Position numbers and translations under genes: made by a program. A stretch of 64,000 nucleotides of DNA from Treponemataceae bacterium (GTDB lineage Bacteria > Spirochaetota > Spirochaetia > Treponematales > Rectinemataceae), in the NCBI GenBank assembly GCA_963667725.2, contig CAXXHO010000003.1, positions 2,080,001-2,144,000 on the forward strand, written 5' to 3'. Below are positions 1 to 9,087 of the stretch, piece after piece (the first letter of the stretch is position 1; each line of letters starts with the position of its first letter). A model generated the notes under the pieces. That model was given only the letters and a program-made list of their open reading frames with translations. It made no database searches and was not told where the DNA came from.

Positions 1-11
1 TTTTTGGCCAT
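1..11 (-). CDS. rplK: 50S ribosomal protein L11, first codons only (runs off window)
   Basis: ATG GCC AAA AA (MAKK) with AAAGGAG SD, immediately downstream of nusG; conserved secE-nusG-rplK order. Confidence 0.8.
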
Positions 12-25
12 AGCCGTTCTCCTTT

Positions 26-88
26 TGTGGTGTACCCGGCCGCATAAGCGCCCGGGGTAGCGTTCCGCCTACGTGCGGAACTCCCATC
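26..88 (-). promoter_or_regulatory. Possible L1-binding autoregulatory leader of rplK-rplA
   Basis: Minus strand reads UGGGAG-UUCCGC/GCGGAA hairpin-second hairpin-CACCAC just before the SD, resembling GGGAG...ACCAC L1 sites. Confidence 0.4.
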
Positions 89-243
89 TTGTGGAGTTTA
101 AAACCCCTATCTGAGAAGTCTCGCCAAAGTCCTAAAGGACTTTGGCGGGACCGCTTTTCAAAAGAACGAAGGATCGGATGCCGCGCGAGCGACAACCATC
201 CCCCTGAAACGCCTTTACGCCCGCAAAGAGGGCGTTCGGGTCA

Positions 244-801
244 TCAGGTCTTCTCTACCTGGGTCATATCGACTTCCACGGGCGTGGATCTGCCGAATAT
301 GCCCACCATCACCTTGAGACGATTCTTCTCGACATTCACCTCTTCGATGGTGCCGGAGAAGGACTCGAAAGGTCCTTCTATTATCTTCACCTGCTCTCCC
401 TGAGAGTAGGTCTGTTTCATTCTTATCTGACGATCGCCCTTGAGCTCGCCGGAACGCTGAAGAATTCGCCTGACTTCCTCGTTGGGAATAGGCTGCGGCT
501 TGTTGCTCACGTTGGAGCCGACAAAACCGGTCACGCCGGTGATCTTCCGTATTCCGGAACAGGTGGCTTTCCAGCCGTTGTCGGGGAGATCCATTTCCAC
601 AAGGATATAGCCGGGGAGAATCTTTCTCGTCACCGTCTTTTTCTTGCCGTCCTTGACATCGGTCACCTCTTCGGTCGGAACCTTTATGTCGGACACGATT
701 TCATGGGATAGATCACCCGCGTCGATCATCATGCGGATAGTTTTCTCTATCTTGTTTTCATACCCAGAGTAGACATGAAGAATATACCAGGATTTTGCCA
801 T
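244..801 (-). CDS. nusG: Transcription termination/antitermination factor NusG
   Basis: WYILHVYSGYE, LPGYILVEM, VTGFVG, KOW motif GPFESFSG and IFGRSTPVE; ATG at 801 after GGAGTGAGG. Confidence 0.98.
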   Translation of the reverse strand: MAKSWYILHVYSGYENKIEKTIRMMIDAGDLSHEIVSDIKVPTEEVTDVKDGKKKTVTRKILPGYILVEMDLPDNGWKATCSGIRKITGVTGFVGSNVSNKPQPIPNEEVRRILQRSGELKGDRQIRMKQTYSQGEQVKIIEGPFESFSGTIEEVNVEKNRLKVMVGIFGRSTPVEVDMTQVEKT

Positions 802-813
802 CCTCACTCCGCC

Positions 814-996
814 TTAACGGAAGACAATTTCAATGCCCAGTACGAGGAGAAAGTCGATCAAACCAAGCAGAAGGGCCATCGCTACCGTCGAGATCACGAC
901 TACTTTGGTAGAGGAGATGACATCTTCCCTGCTCGGCCAAACGACTTTGGCCAGCTCTGCGTAACTATCTTTGAAGAACTGAACGATCTTCTTCAT
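814..996 (-). CDS. secE: Preprotein translocase subunit SecE
   Basis: ELAKVVWPSRE motif plus one TM helix; directly upstream of nusG. Confidence 0.96.
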   Translation of the reverse strand: MKKIVQFFKDSYAELAKVVWPSREDVISSTKVVVISTVAMALLLGLIDFLLVLGIEIVFR

Positions 997-1030
997 GACG
1001 GCTCCTTGATACGATAAAAAACGCTGGCAA

Positions 1031-1103
1031 CAGGCCAGGAAGGACTCGAACCCTCAACATCCGGTTTTGGAGACCGGCGCTCTACCATTAGAGCTACTGG
1101 CCT
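1031..1103 (-). tRNA. tRNA-Trp(CCA)
   Basis: AGGCCAG/CTGGCCT acceptor stem, anticodon loop CT-CCA-AA, GTTCGAGT T-loop; CCA end not encoded. Confidence 0.97.
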
Positions 1104-1174
1104 AGGGTGAATCACGAAGCCAGAGGCTTCGCGATACCATTATCCCAAAAAGACAAAACCCCTGAGGGCCAGCC

Positions 1175-1348
1175 TTATTTGACCTTGGTCTCTTTGTGGA
1201 GCGTGTGCTTCTTGTCCCACTTGCAGTACTTCATCAGCTCGAGCTTTTCCTGCATGGTCTTGCGGTTTTTCGTCGTGGTATAGTTTCGGCGCTTGCACTC
1301 AGTGCACTGCAGGGCGATTATCTCTACCGTCTGTTTCTTTGCAGCCAT
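1175..1348 (-). CDS. rpmG: 50S ribosomal protein L33 (57 aa, below ORF-track cutoff)
   Basis: Own translation: [65 protein letters not shown]. Confidence 0.97.
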   Translation of the reverse strand: MAAKKQTVEIIALQCTECKRRNYTTTKNRKTMQEKLELMKYCKWDKKHTLHKETKVK

Positions 1349-1410
1349 CGTATTATCCTTTCGTGGCGCGACTTAAAATGCCCCGCGCCTGAATGCTAAA
1401 AATATGTAAA

Positions 1411-1483
1411 AGCCCCCGAACGGAATCGAACCGTTGACCTTATCCTTACCATGGATATGCTCTGCCGTCTGAGCTACAGGGGC
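1411..1483 (-). tRNA. tRNA-Thr(GGT)
   Basis: GCCCCTG/CGGGGGC acceptor stem, anticodon loop AT-GGT-AA, GTTCGATT T-loop. Confidence 0.96.
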
Positions 1484-1501
1484 GAGGGTTAGAGCATCGG
1501 G

Positions 1502-1530
1502 AATTTATCATTTATAGAGGGTGATGTCAA
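1502..1530 (-). promoter_or_regulatory. Sigma70-type promoter of the tRNA-Thr-rpmG-secE-nusG operon
   Basis: TTGACA-N17-TAAATT with extended TG. Confidence 0.75.
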
Positions 1531-1563
1531 TAGCGTGGAATCGATATTCCACGAAGCTTGGCA

Positions 1564-3180
1564 TCAGGACTGCTTCCGGGAACGGCGGTTTCCGATGGCC
1601 GAAGCCAGGGAATAAGCCACCGAATCCTTGGTGACGACGAGGATTGCGACGCCTATAGCGCCGAAAAGCAGGGCGAGAATGACGAAGGGCAGGCCGGCCG
1701 CCACAATGCCGGATTTCGACGAGGCGAAGGCGTTGACGAGGGGTGCCTTGAGGAAAAGCACGGGAATGGAGGCGACGAGGGAATAGGCCAGAAGCTTAAG
1801 GGCGTAGACGGCGCAGCGCCCTAGGGCCTCGCTCAAGCCCTGTGTTTTGCCCTTCAGCAGGACGGCGACGAGGATGGCTGTGTTCACGGCGCTGGAAAGC
1901 GAAAGCGCGAAAGCTATGCCCGGTCCCTTGAATGGAAAAGCGAGAAGGGCCACGAGGGCGATGTTGACGGCGAAGCTGGCTATTCCCGCCAGGGCAGGCG
2001 TCTTGGAATCGGACCTCGCGTAGAAAGCGGGGGCTATGACCCTGTTGGCGGCGATGAAGGCGAGCCCCGTCTGATGCCAGAAAAAGGCCGAGGCGGTGAG
2101 CCGCACCGATTCGTCGGTAAAGCCGCCGCGCTTAAAAAGCAGGGTGACGATCTGCTCGCCCGTGATCATGGAAAAGACGGCGACGGGGATGGTGGCAATC
2201 AGCAGGGTCTGGAGCGTCTTTCCGATGCGCGAGGAATAGAGCGCCCAGTCGCCCCGCTTCACGGCGTCGGTCAGGCCGGGGAGAAGGACGGTGCCGGCCG
2301 ATACGGCGAAGACGCCGAGGATAAGCTCCTGGAGCCGTATCGAATACTGGAGGCTGGAGGCTATGCCCGTCCCCGCCCGCGAGGCGAAGGCCGTGCTTAC
2401 GAGATCGTTCAACTGATAGGCGGCCATGCCGATGATGGTCGGGCCTATGAGGGCGAACACCTTCCGCATGCCCGGATCCCTGAAGGCCGCGCGCGGCGAG
2501 ATGAAGCCGAAGCGGATTCCGGTTTTCAGCACCGCGGGAAGTTGCCACAGGGCCTGGGCCATGCCGCCGGTCACGACGCCGATGGCCATGGCGCGCGCCG
2601 GGTTGGGCATCCAGCGGGAAATAGCCCAGGGAACGACGATGAAACAGACATTGAAGAGAATGGGGGCGAAACCGGAAGGGGCGAATACGCCGAAGGAATT
2701 GAGAATGCCCTGGAAGAGCGCCGCGATGGAGACGAGGGCGAGGAAGGGAAACATGATCCTCGTCAGCACGATGGTCTCAGCCGGATCGGAGCCGAAGGCC
2801 TTCACTATCCAGGGCGTCGCGGCTATGCCCAGGGCCACGACGCCTCCTACGAGGATGAGGAGGACGGTGAGGCTCGAGGAAAGGAACTGTTTCGTCGCCT
2901 TTTCGTCTTTTTCGTGCAGATAGCCTTTGAATGTCGGAATGAAGGCCACCGAGATCGAATTTTCGGCGAAGAGGCGGCGCATGAAGTTGGGGATCATGAA
3001 GGAAACGGAGAAGGCGTCGGAAAGGACGCCCGTGCCGAGGAAGACAGCCTTGGTCATCTCCCGCACCAGGCCCAGGATTCTGGAAACCATGGTGAGGACT
3101 GAGAGCATGCCGGCGTCCCTCACCATCTGCTTTTCCTCGCCTGAGTCGCTCGCCTTCTGATTATCGTTAATTTCGGACAT
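1564..3180 (-). CDS. murJ: Lipid II flippase MurJ (MviN)
   Basis: SRILGLVRE, SDAFSVSFMIPNFMRRLFAE, AFIPTF, FYARSDSKTP; many TM helices. Confidence 0.96.
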   Translation of the reverse strand: MSEINDNQKASDSGEEKQMVRDAGMLSVLTMVSRILGLVREMTKAVFLGTGVLSDAFSVSFMIPNFMRRLFAENSISVAFIPTFKGYLHEKDEKATKQFLSSSLTVLLILVGGVVALGIAATPWIVKAFGSDPAETIVLTRIMFPFLALVSIAALFQGILNSFGVFAPSGFAPILFNVCFIVVPWAISRWMPNPARAMAIGVVTGGMAQALWQLPAVLKTGIRFGFISPRAAFRDPGMRKVFALIGPTIIGMAAYQLNDLVSTAFASRAGTGIASSLQYSIRLQELILGVFAVSAGTVLLPGLTDAVKRGDWALYSSRIGKTLQTLLIATIPVAVFSMITGEQIVTLLFKRGGFTDESVRLTASAFFWHQTGLAFIAANRVIAPAFYARSDSKTPALAGIASFAVNIALVALLAFPFKGPGIAFALSLSSAVNTAILVAVLLKGKTQGLSEALGRCAVYALKLLAYSLVASIPVLFLKAPLVNAFASSKSGIVAAGLPFVILALLFGAIGVAILVVTKDSVAYSLASAIGNRRSRKQS

Positions 3181-3279
3181 CGTGTTCCTTCGGAAAAAGC
3201 GCCGGGTCGGCCGGATCGGCAGGATCTGCGGGACCGGCCAATCCGGCAGATCCCGCCAGACAGGCCGATCCTTTAGCCA

Positions 3280-4317
3280 TCAAGACCTGCGGCTTTCGGC
3301 GCAGAAAGAGGCCAGAAGCGAAATCACCTTATCAATATGTTCCTTTTTTATCCAGTAGTGGGCGACAAAACGGGCCAGTCCGCCCTCAGGAGGGCTGATC
3401 CTGACGCCCTCCCCCTCCATGTAGGAAGCCAAAGCCTTCCCGTCCACCCCGGAAGGCAGTCTGAAGAAGACCATGTTGATGTCGAGGGCGTCCTTCTCGA
3501 CGCTGAAGCCGGGCAGGCCGGCCAGTTTCGCGGCCATATAGCGCGCGTTTTCGTGGTCTTCCCCGAGGCGCGTCGTCATTTCGCGCAGCGCGATTATGCC
3601 GGCCGCGGCGAGAATGCCGGCCTGCCTCATGCCGCCGCCCATTATCTTTCTTTTGCGGCGCGCCCTGTCTATAAAGGTTTTCGGACCGGCGAGCATTGAC
3701 CCGACGGGAGCGCATAGCCCCTTGGACAGGCAGAACATCACCGAATCGACATGGGCGGCGATGGCGGCGGCGGGCGCGCCCAGCGAGGCGGCCGCGTTGA
3801 AAAGCCTCGCGCCGTCCAGATGGACGGGCAGGCCCTTCGCCAGGGCGAGGGCGGAAATCTCCTTCATATATGAAAGGGGGATGACCCTTCCTGAGGAATG
3901 GGCGTTCTCAAGGCAGATAAGCGAGGTGGGTGGATAGTGTATGTCGTCGCCGCGGATGCGCGCTTCGATGGCTTCTGGCGGAAGGATTCCCTTGGGAGCG
4001 TCGAGGGGACGGGTCTGGACGCCGGCGATGATGGAGGCTGCCCCCGCCTCGTGCTGGATAATATGGCACTGTTCTCCCAGAATCACTTCGCTGCCCCTGG
4101 GGCACCAGGTAAAGAGGGCCAGCTGGTTGCCGAAGGTCCCTGTCGGGACAAAAAGGGCGGCTTCCTTGCCGACGAGCTTGGCCGCGAGCGTTTCGAGCTC
4201 GTTCACGGTAGGATCGTCGCCGTAGACATCGTCGCCCACGGGCGCTTCGGCCATGGCCGCCCTCATGGCCTGGGTCGGCCAGGTAACCGTATCGCTCCTG
4301 AGGTCTATGTATTGCAT
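3280..4317 (-). CDS. ltaE: Low-specificity L-threonine aldolase
   Basis: IDLRSDTVT, GDDVYGDDPTV, HLDGARLFNA, CLSKGLCAPVGS, GGGMRQAG. Confidence 0.95.
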   Translation of the reverse strand: MQYIDLRSDTVTWPTQAMRAAMAEAPVGDDVYGDDPTVNELETLAAKLVGKEAALFVPTGTFGNQLALFTWCPRGSEVILGEQCHIIQHEAGAASIIAGVQTRPLDAPKGILPPEAIEARIRGDDIHYPPTSLICLENAHSSGRVIPLSYMKEISALALAKGLPVHLDGARLFNAAASLGAPAAAIAAHVDSVMFCLSKGLCAPVGSMLAGPKTFIDRARRKRKIMGGGMRQAGILAAAGIIALREMTTRLGEDHENARYMAAKLAGLPGFSVEKDALDINMVFFRLPSGVDGKALASYMEGEGVRISPPEGGLARFVAHYWIKKEHIDKVISLLASFCAESRRS

Positions 4318-4389
4318 GCTGTACATCCTTTCCCACAGAATAGCAGGCTTCCCATAGTGTTATCAAGCTTGCGCGATTATGATATAGCA

Positions 4390-5226
4390 ATGCCAATGAA
4401 TATTAAGCTTATCGCTCTCGATCTCGACGACACCCTCCTGAAGTCCGACTTGAGCATTTCGGAAGCCAACAGGCTCGCCATACTGGAGGCCGAGAAAAAT
4501 GGCATAGAACTCGTTCTCGCCTCTGGACGCAATTATTTCGCCATGAAGAAATACATAGAGTTCCTCGGGCTGGACAGGCCGGGCAACTTCCTCATCTGCT
4601 CGAACGGCGCGGAGATTCTCGAAGCCGAATCGGGAAAAACAAAGGACATGCTCCGTCTCCCGGAGGCCTTCTGCCACGAGGCGGCGAAGAACATCGAAGC
4701 CCATGGTTTCCACTGGCAAGTGTATATGGACGGAAAAATCTACTGCGACGAGCTGAACCCCTGGGCCTTTCTCGACGAACGTCTCTCGGGCCAGCCGGCC
4801 ACGCTGGCGCCTCCCAAGGATCAATTGTTTCGCGGCGGCCAGCTCAAGTTCGTCATCCCAGGTGAAACCGAGCGCATCGCCGAACTCTACGCGGAATTCG
4901 CGGACTATTATAAGGGAAAAGCCGAAGTCATGACCTCCAAGCCATACTTCCTGGAAATCCTGCCCCTGGGCGCCGACAAGGGCTCGGCGCTGAGGCGCCT
5001 GGCGTCCATGCTCGGCATCCCCATGGAATCGGTGATGGCTATAGGCGACGCTATGAACGATTTAAGCATGATAAAGGCCGCCGGCTGGGGCTGCGCCCCC
5101 GCCAACGCCATGGAAGAGATCAAGGCGATCGCCCGCGTCGTGTCGAAAAAAACGAACGAGGAAGACGCCGTCGCCGATCTTATTTCTTCGATCGCGCTCG
5201 AGAAAGGCCATCCAGAAACAGCATGA
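4390..5226 (+). CDS. Cof-type HAD-IIB hydrolase
   Basis: IALDLDDTLL, LASGR, KGSAL, AIGDAMNDLSMI; start trimmed from the 3898 ORF. Confidence 0.93.
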   Translation: MPMNIKLIALDLDDTLLKSDLSISEANRLAILEAEKNGIELVLASGRNYFAMKKYIEFLGLDRPGNFLICSNGAEILEAESGKTKDMLRLPEAFCHEAAKNIEAHGFHWQVYMDGKIYCDELNPWAFLDERLSGQPATLAPPKDQLFRGGQLKFVIPGETERIAELYAEFADYYKGKAEVMTSKPYFLEILPLGADKGSALRRLASMLGIPMESVMAIGDAMNDLSMIKAAGWGCAPANAMEEIKAIARVVSKKTNEEDAVADLISSIALEKGHPETA

Positions 5227-5974
5227 GGTAATGCTGGACGCTTCCGAAATACTCATCCTGAAGGGCTACTGCGGTTTTTCCGATAAAGCGGTAATGCCAG
5301 CTTTCCCAGACATAGCCGGTCACCGCCTCCATGCCTTCGGGATAGGAAAGCGAAAAGCCGAATCGCCCCGCGTTGGCCTTCATCCATCTTCCCGCCTCGG
5401 TCTTCGCGAAGTCGTCGGTGATGGAACCGAAATCTGCGGCCGTGCCGAGCTGGTGCTGGCTCGCGCCGGGCACGGCGGAGACCCTGGCCGCTTCCTTTTC
5501 GCCCATCTCCGCGACATTGCGGGCGAATAGATCCTTCTGGTAGGCGTAGCTTCTATAGGCCGAAGAAACGACAAGCGCGATGCCATTGGCCCTGGCCGCC
5601 TCATCCATGGCTTTGAGGGCATTAACTGTCGGCTTCCTGAGCCGGTGGCCTGGCCGGGACAGCGAGAGGCCGGTATTGTCCAGGACGACGAGGTCGCCGG
5701 GTTCGTAGCCGCTCGCGAGCCCCTTCTCCTTGTCAGCTCGCGTCAGAAGAAAAGGATCGGCGGCCATTTCCACCTGGATCGCGTCGATCAGGTCGAAAAA
5801 GCGTTCGGGCGCGGCTTCGATCCGTTTGCTGACGGCGGCGGCAGCCGTCGGCTCCATGCCGGAAGCGGTTACGATGGCTTTCATTTCCTTTATCTTGACG
5901 CTTTGGGCCGACTCGCAGCCGGCGACGGAGAGAAAAGCGAGGGTACAGGCAAGAACGAAAAGGATGGATTTCAT
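5180..5974 (-). CDS. M15B D-Ala-D-Ala carboxypeptidase (VanY-like), probable lipoprotein
   Basis: SAYRSY..Q, SAVPGASQHQLGTAAD, YVWESWHYRFIG; N-terminal signal ending VAGC. Confidence 0.9.
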   Translation of the reverse strand: MKSILFVLACTLAFLSVAGCESAQSVKIKEMKAIVTASGMEPTAAAAVSKRIEAAPERFFDLIDAIQVEMAADPFLLTRADKEKGLASGYEPGDLVVLDNTGLSLSRPGHRLRKPTVNALKAMDEAARANGIALVVSSAYRSYAYQKDLFARNVAEMGEKEAARVSAVPGASQHQLGTAADFGSITDDFAKTEAGRWMKANAGRFGFSLSYPEGMEAVTGYVWESWHYRFIGKTAVALQDEYFGSVQHYLMLFLDGLSRARSKK

Positions 5975-6075
5975 TGGAAGCAGTATAGCAGAGGCTTCCC
6001 TTCATGAGGAATGGCCTTGGCGGCCGGGACGCTGAGCTGTTAGGATGAGGGAACGATAAGGCATGAGGAGCGGCG

Positions 6076-6834
6076 ATGACAACTGGGCAGTATGGTGAGT
6101 TCGACAGGATACGCGGCGAATTCAGGGAATACGTGGCGAGGCTCTCGAACGAAGCCCCATGGCTGGGCGCCCTGCAGGAGAAACTCCGCCTTTCGATGGG
6201 CTACGACGATTACAGCATTGAGACACCCGTAGTCTACAACGAAGCGCTCGACGATATCGGTCCGCGCGACCAGCCGCGATTCATCGTCGTGGCCGACAAT
6301 CCTGGAAAGAACGAGCAGAAAGCCTCTAACAGACAATATCTCGTGGGGCAATCGGGCAAGCTCGCCCAGGGATGGTTCCTCAAGGAACTGGGCATGGATT
6401 TCAGGGCTTCCTCCCTCATCATCAACAAGACGCCCATCCATACGCCCAAAACCGCCGAGATCGGCCGCATGCGCAAGATCGCCAAGGACGAATCCGCGCG
6501 GCGGGCCGTCGAGCTGGACCGCCTCCTCGACGAGAGTCAACGCAGGATGGCCCGCTTCGCCTTCGAGATCCACAGCTGCCTGGGAGGAGTCCTCTGGGTT
6601 TCCGGATATGGCGAACTGAAGCCGAAGGGACTTTTTTCGGCCTGGGCCGAGGAAATCACGAGCCTGTACGCCGGCGCCAGCCCGGCCTTGCGCGACAGTG
6701 TCTGGGTGTTCAGGCATTTTTCCATGAATCAATGCGCAATCGAATACAAGCAGTTCGAAGGAAGGGCCAAGGAACCCATGGCAAAGCTCGCGGCCATCGG
6801 CACGGCAAACAGGAAGCGGATTCTGGGCTGGTGA
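6076..6834 (+). CDS. Divergent uracil-DNA-glycosylase-superfamily protein
   Basis: FIVVADNPGKNEQ...YLVGQSGKL resembles UDG motif A region; VWVFRHFS resembles motif B (HPS); GAGGAG SD. Confidence 0.55.
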   Translation: MTTGQYGEFDRIRGEFREYVARLSNEAPWLGALQEKLRLSMGYDDYSIETPVVYNEALDDIGPRDQPRFIVVADNPGKNEQKASNRQYLVGQSGKLAQGWFLKELGMDFRASSLIINKTPIHTPKTAEIGRMRKIAKDESARRAVELDRLLDESQRRMARFAFEIHSCLGGVLWVSGYGELKPKGLFSAWAEEITSLYAGASPALRDSVWVFRHFSMNQCAIEYKQFEGRAKEPMAKLAAIGTANRKRILGW

Positions 6835-6861
6835 GCGGCCGGGGTCGCGCCCCCCGCAGCC

Positions 6862-7902
6862 TCACCACCAGTTCAGCACATCTTCGGCGAAGCCGAGGAA
6901 GCGGTCGACCTTGAGGACTTGGCCGTCATCCAGGATGACCTTGCCGGTAAAATAACCGAAAACCTGATGCTGCACGGATTTTATCAGGAGGAGGTCGGTG
7001 GCGCTGTTTCGGTCCACGATGGGCTCGAAATCCATCTCGAAGCGTCCATCGGAACTTTCGAATTTCCAGGGGGCGAGATAGTCCGCCGTGTTGATGCGGA
7101 AGGTCACTTCCTCCAGCTTGTGGGCGCGCCCTCCGTAGAACAGCATGTTTTCCGAAGCGGGGCTCCGGTCCGAAAAGCCGTAGCCGATATTCCAGCCGAA
7201 GGGAAGGCCGTCCAGAAACCCCGACGCCGAGCCCCAGTACCATCGGTTCCTGTAGGTCCAGACTCCCCTGCCCCAATCGAGCCCGGCGAAAGCCGTGTCT
7301 GGCGCGAATGGATAGCTCCGCGAGCCTAGCTTTACGCTGCCGCTCGCCGGCATGCAGTTTATCTTCCTGTTGTAATAGAAGGCGCGGCGATTTTCCTTCC
7401 AGGACGTGGCGATGTTCATGCTGTCGGCGTCGGGCGGCTGATCCAGGATCAGCTCGGCCTCGAGCCCTTTCGCGCCGTCGGGAGCCACGAAACCGGGACA
7501 GGAGGCGGAAATCCGCCGTTTGCCCTTTTCCATCGAGAAGGCGATGGAGAGTTTGCCGCTTTCATGCCTGATTACTCCTTCATCTGAAACTTCCGGAAAT
7601 CCTGTCTTCCCGAGAGGCATGAAGTTCATATCCTGAAACTGGGCGACTTTTCCCGAGGCGAAGTCCAGCCAGGCTATGGCGAATAGCCCCAGATAGCCGA
7701 GATCTGATATCGTGAAGGTGATGCCGTATTTTCCGTCGTGGGAAATCACGTAGTAATAATCCCACTCCTTGAGCCGCAGGGCGGATGCCGACACTTTCGA
7801 TCTGTCGTAGCGCCAGAATGGCTGTCTCGCCCAACCTTCCTCGATGAGTCGCCCATCGTCCCCGAGAAGCTCCAGCGGACGGACGATTTCTTTCTGCGTC
7901 AT
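6862..7902 (-). CDS. DUF2804-like protein
   Basis: GWARQP, RLKEWDYY, AFYYNRKINCM, LDWGRGVW, VQHQVFG; GAGGAGG SD before ATG 7902. Confidence 0.75.
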   Translation of the reverse strand: MTQKEIVRPLELLGDDGRLIEEGWARQPFWRYDRSKVSASALRLKEWDYYYVISHDGKYGITFTISDLGYLGLFAIAWLDFASGKVAQFQDMNFMPLGKTGFPEVSDEGVIRHESGKLSIAFSMEKGKRRISASCPGFVAPDGAKGLEAELILDQPPDADSMNIATSWKENRRAFYYNRKINCMPASGSVKLGSRSYPFAPDTAFAGLDWGRGVWTYRNRWYWGSASGFLDGLPFGWNIGYGFSDRSPASENMLFYGGRAHKLEEVTFRINTADYLAPWKFESSDGRFEMDFEPIVDRNSATDLLLIKSVQHQVFGYFTGKVILDDGQVLKVDRFLGFAEDVLNWW

Positions 7903-7933
7903 GAATTCCTCCTCGTTTGGCATTATCTGGCCA

Positions 7934-8986
7934 TCAATGAGTCGTCGATAGGATCCAATCGCCCAACGCGGAGAGCGCTTCGGGGGCGATGGTTTCGGAA
8001 ATAGCCGCGTATTCGTTGGGCAGGCCCGTTACGGCATGCTGGAATAAGTGATTCAGTCCTTCGAGTTCGAGAAGGCTGTAGTTCTTGTTGCCGGCCGCGT
8101 CCAGGGCCAGCCCGATAGCCTTAAGGTTTTCATCAGCGGGCACCTGCAGGTCCTTCGTGCCGTTCATGGCGAGCAGGGGAATTCTCAGCGTAGAAAGCGC
8201 GACCGAAGGATCGAGCGCCAGAAAGGCCCTAATCCAGGGACTCAAAAGCTGGCTCGCTATAATTTCCGCCGTTTTGCCGCCCATCGCCGCGGGCAGCGCC
8301 GATATAATTTCCGCCTTCTTCTCGGTATCCTCTCCCTGCTCCATGGCGATGGCATAGAGTCGGGCATTGAGGAGGTTGGCTTCTTTGATCGTGTTTTCAT
8401 CCACGCCTGAAGCCTCGGCGAGAGCTCTGTTCTGCGAAAGCAAGAGCTTGTCGCCCCTTATGCCCGGCCCCGCAAGCATGACGACGAAGGAAACAGCGGG
8501 ATCGCTCGATCCCAGCAGGGCGGCGATTATGCCCCCTTCGCTGTGTCCGACGACCCCGACTTTAGACGGATCGATCTCCGGCCTGGTGGAGATAAAGGCC
8601 ACGGCCGCACGAGCATCGTCGGCAAAATCATGGGTCGTCGCCGTGGCGAAATTCCCGCTCGAGCCGCCGATGCCCCTGTCGTCGTAGCGCAGAGCCGCTA
8701 TGCCCCGGCTAGCCAGATAATCGGCTATGACAAAAAAAGGCTTATGACCCAGGATTTCTTCGTCGCGGTTTTGGGGTCCCGATCCCGAAACGAGGATGAC
8801 GGCGGGGAAAGGCCCTTGTCCCTGCGGAAACGTAAGCGTGCCGGAAAGCCGTACGCCCGCGGCTTGATTCGTGAATTCCACGTCATGGGCGGATTGTGGC
8901 GATGCGGATTGGGCAAAGGCGGGCACGATGGCCGCCAAACCCATGACGAGAAAAATGGCGATTCTTTTTATTGATGGAGTTTTCAT
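7934..8986 (-). CDS. Exported alpha/beta-fold hydrolase
   Basis: Signal peptide; SGSGPQNRDE, RYDDRG, GHSEGG nucleophile motif, GTKDLQV, LNHLFQ. Confidence 0.9.
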   Translation of the reverse strand: MKTPSIKRIAIFLVMGLAAIVPAFAQSASPQSAHDVEFTNQAAGVRLSGTLTFPQGQGPFPAVILVSGSGPQNRDEEILGHKPFFVIADYLASRGIAALRYDDRGIGGSSGNFATATTHDFADDARAAVAFISTRPEIDPSKVGVVGHSEGGIIAALLGSSDPAVSFVVMLAGPGIRGDKLLLSQNRALAEASGVDENTIKEANLLNARLYAIAMEQGEDTEKKAEIISALPAAMGGKTAEIIASQLLSPWIRAFLALDPSVALSTLRIPLLAMNGTKDLQVPADENLKAIGLALDAAGNKNYSLLELEGLNHLFQHAVTGLPNEYAAISETIAPEALSALGDWILSTTH

Positions 8987-9087
8987 GCGCCTATTGTGAC
9001 GCATAACTCAGCCTGTCGCAAGAAAGCCGCCGCCTTTATTCGGCGGCGGCGAAGATCTTCCCGGAAACGCCTTTCAATAAGGAGCGT

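Noticed and set aside
1349..1410. No tuf between tRNA-Thr and rpmG; tRNAs lack encoded CCA
   Set aside because: Both are ordinary for spirochaetes
2074..3102. Long antisense ORFs (also 19223-20263, 40757-41767, 57090-57857)
   Set aside because: Shadow ORFs opposite well-supported genes, expected from GC-rich codon bias
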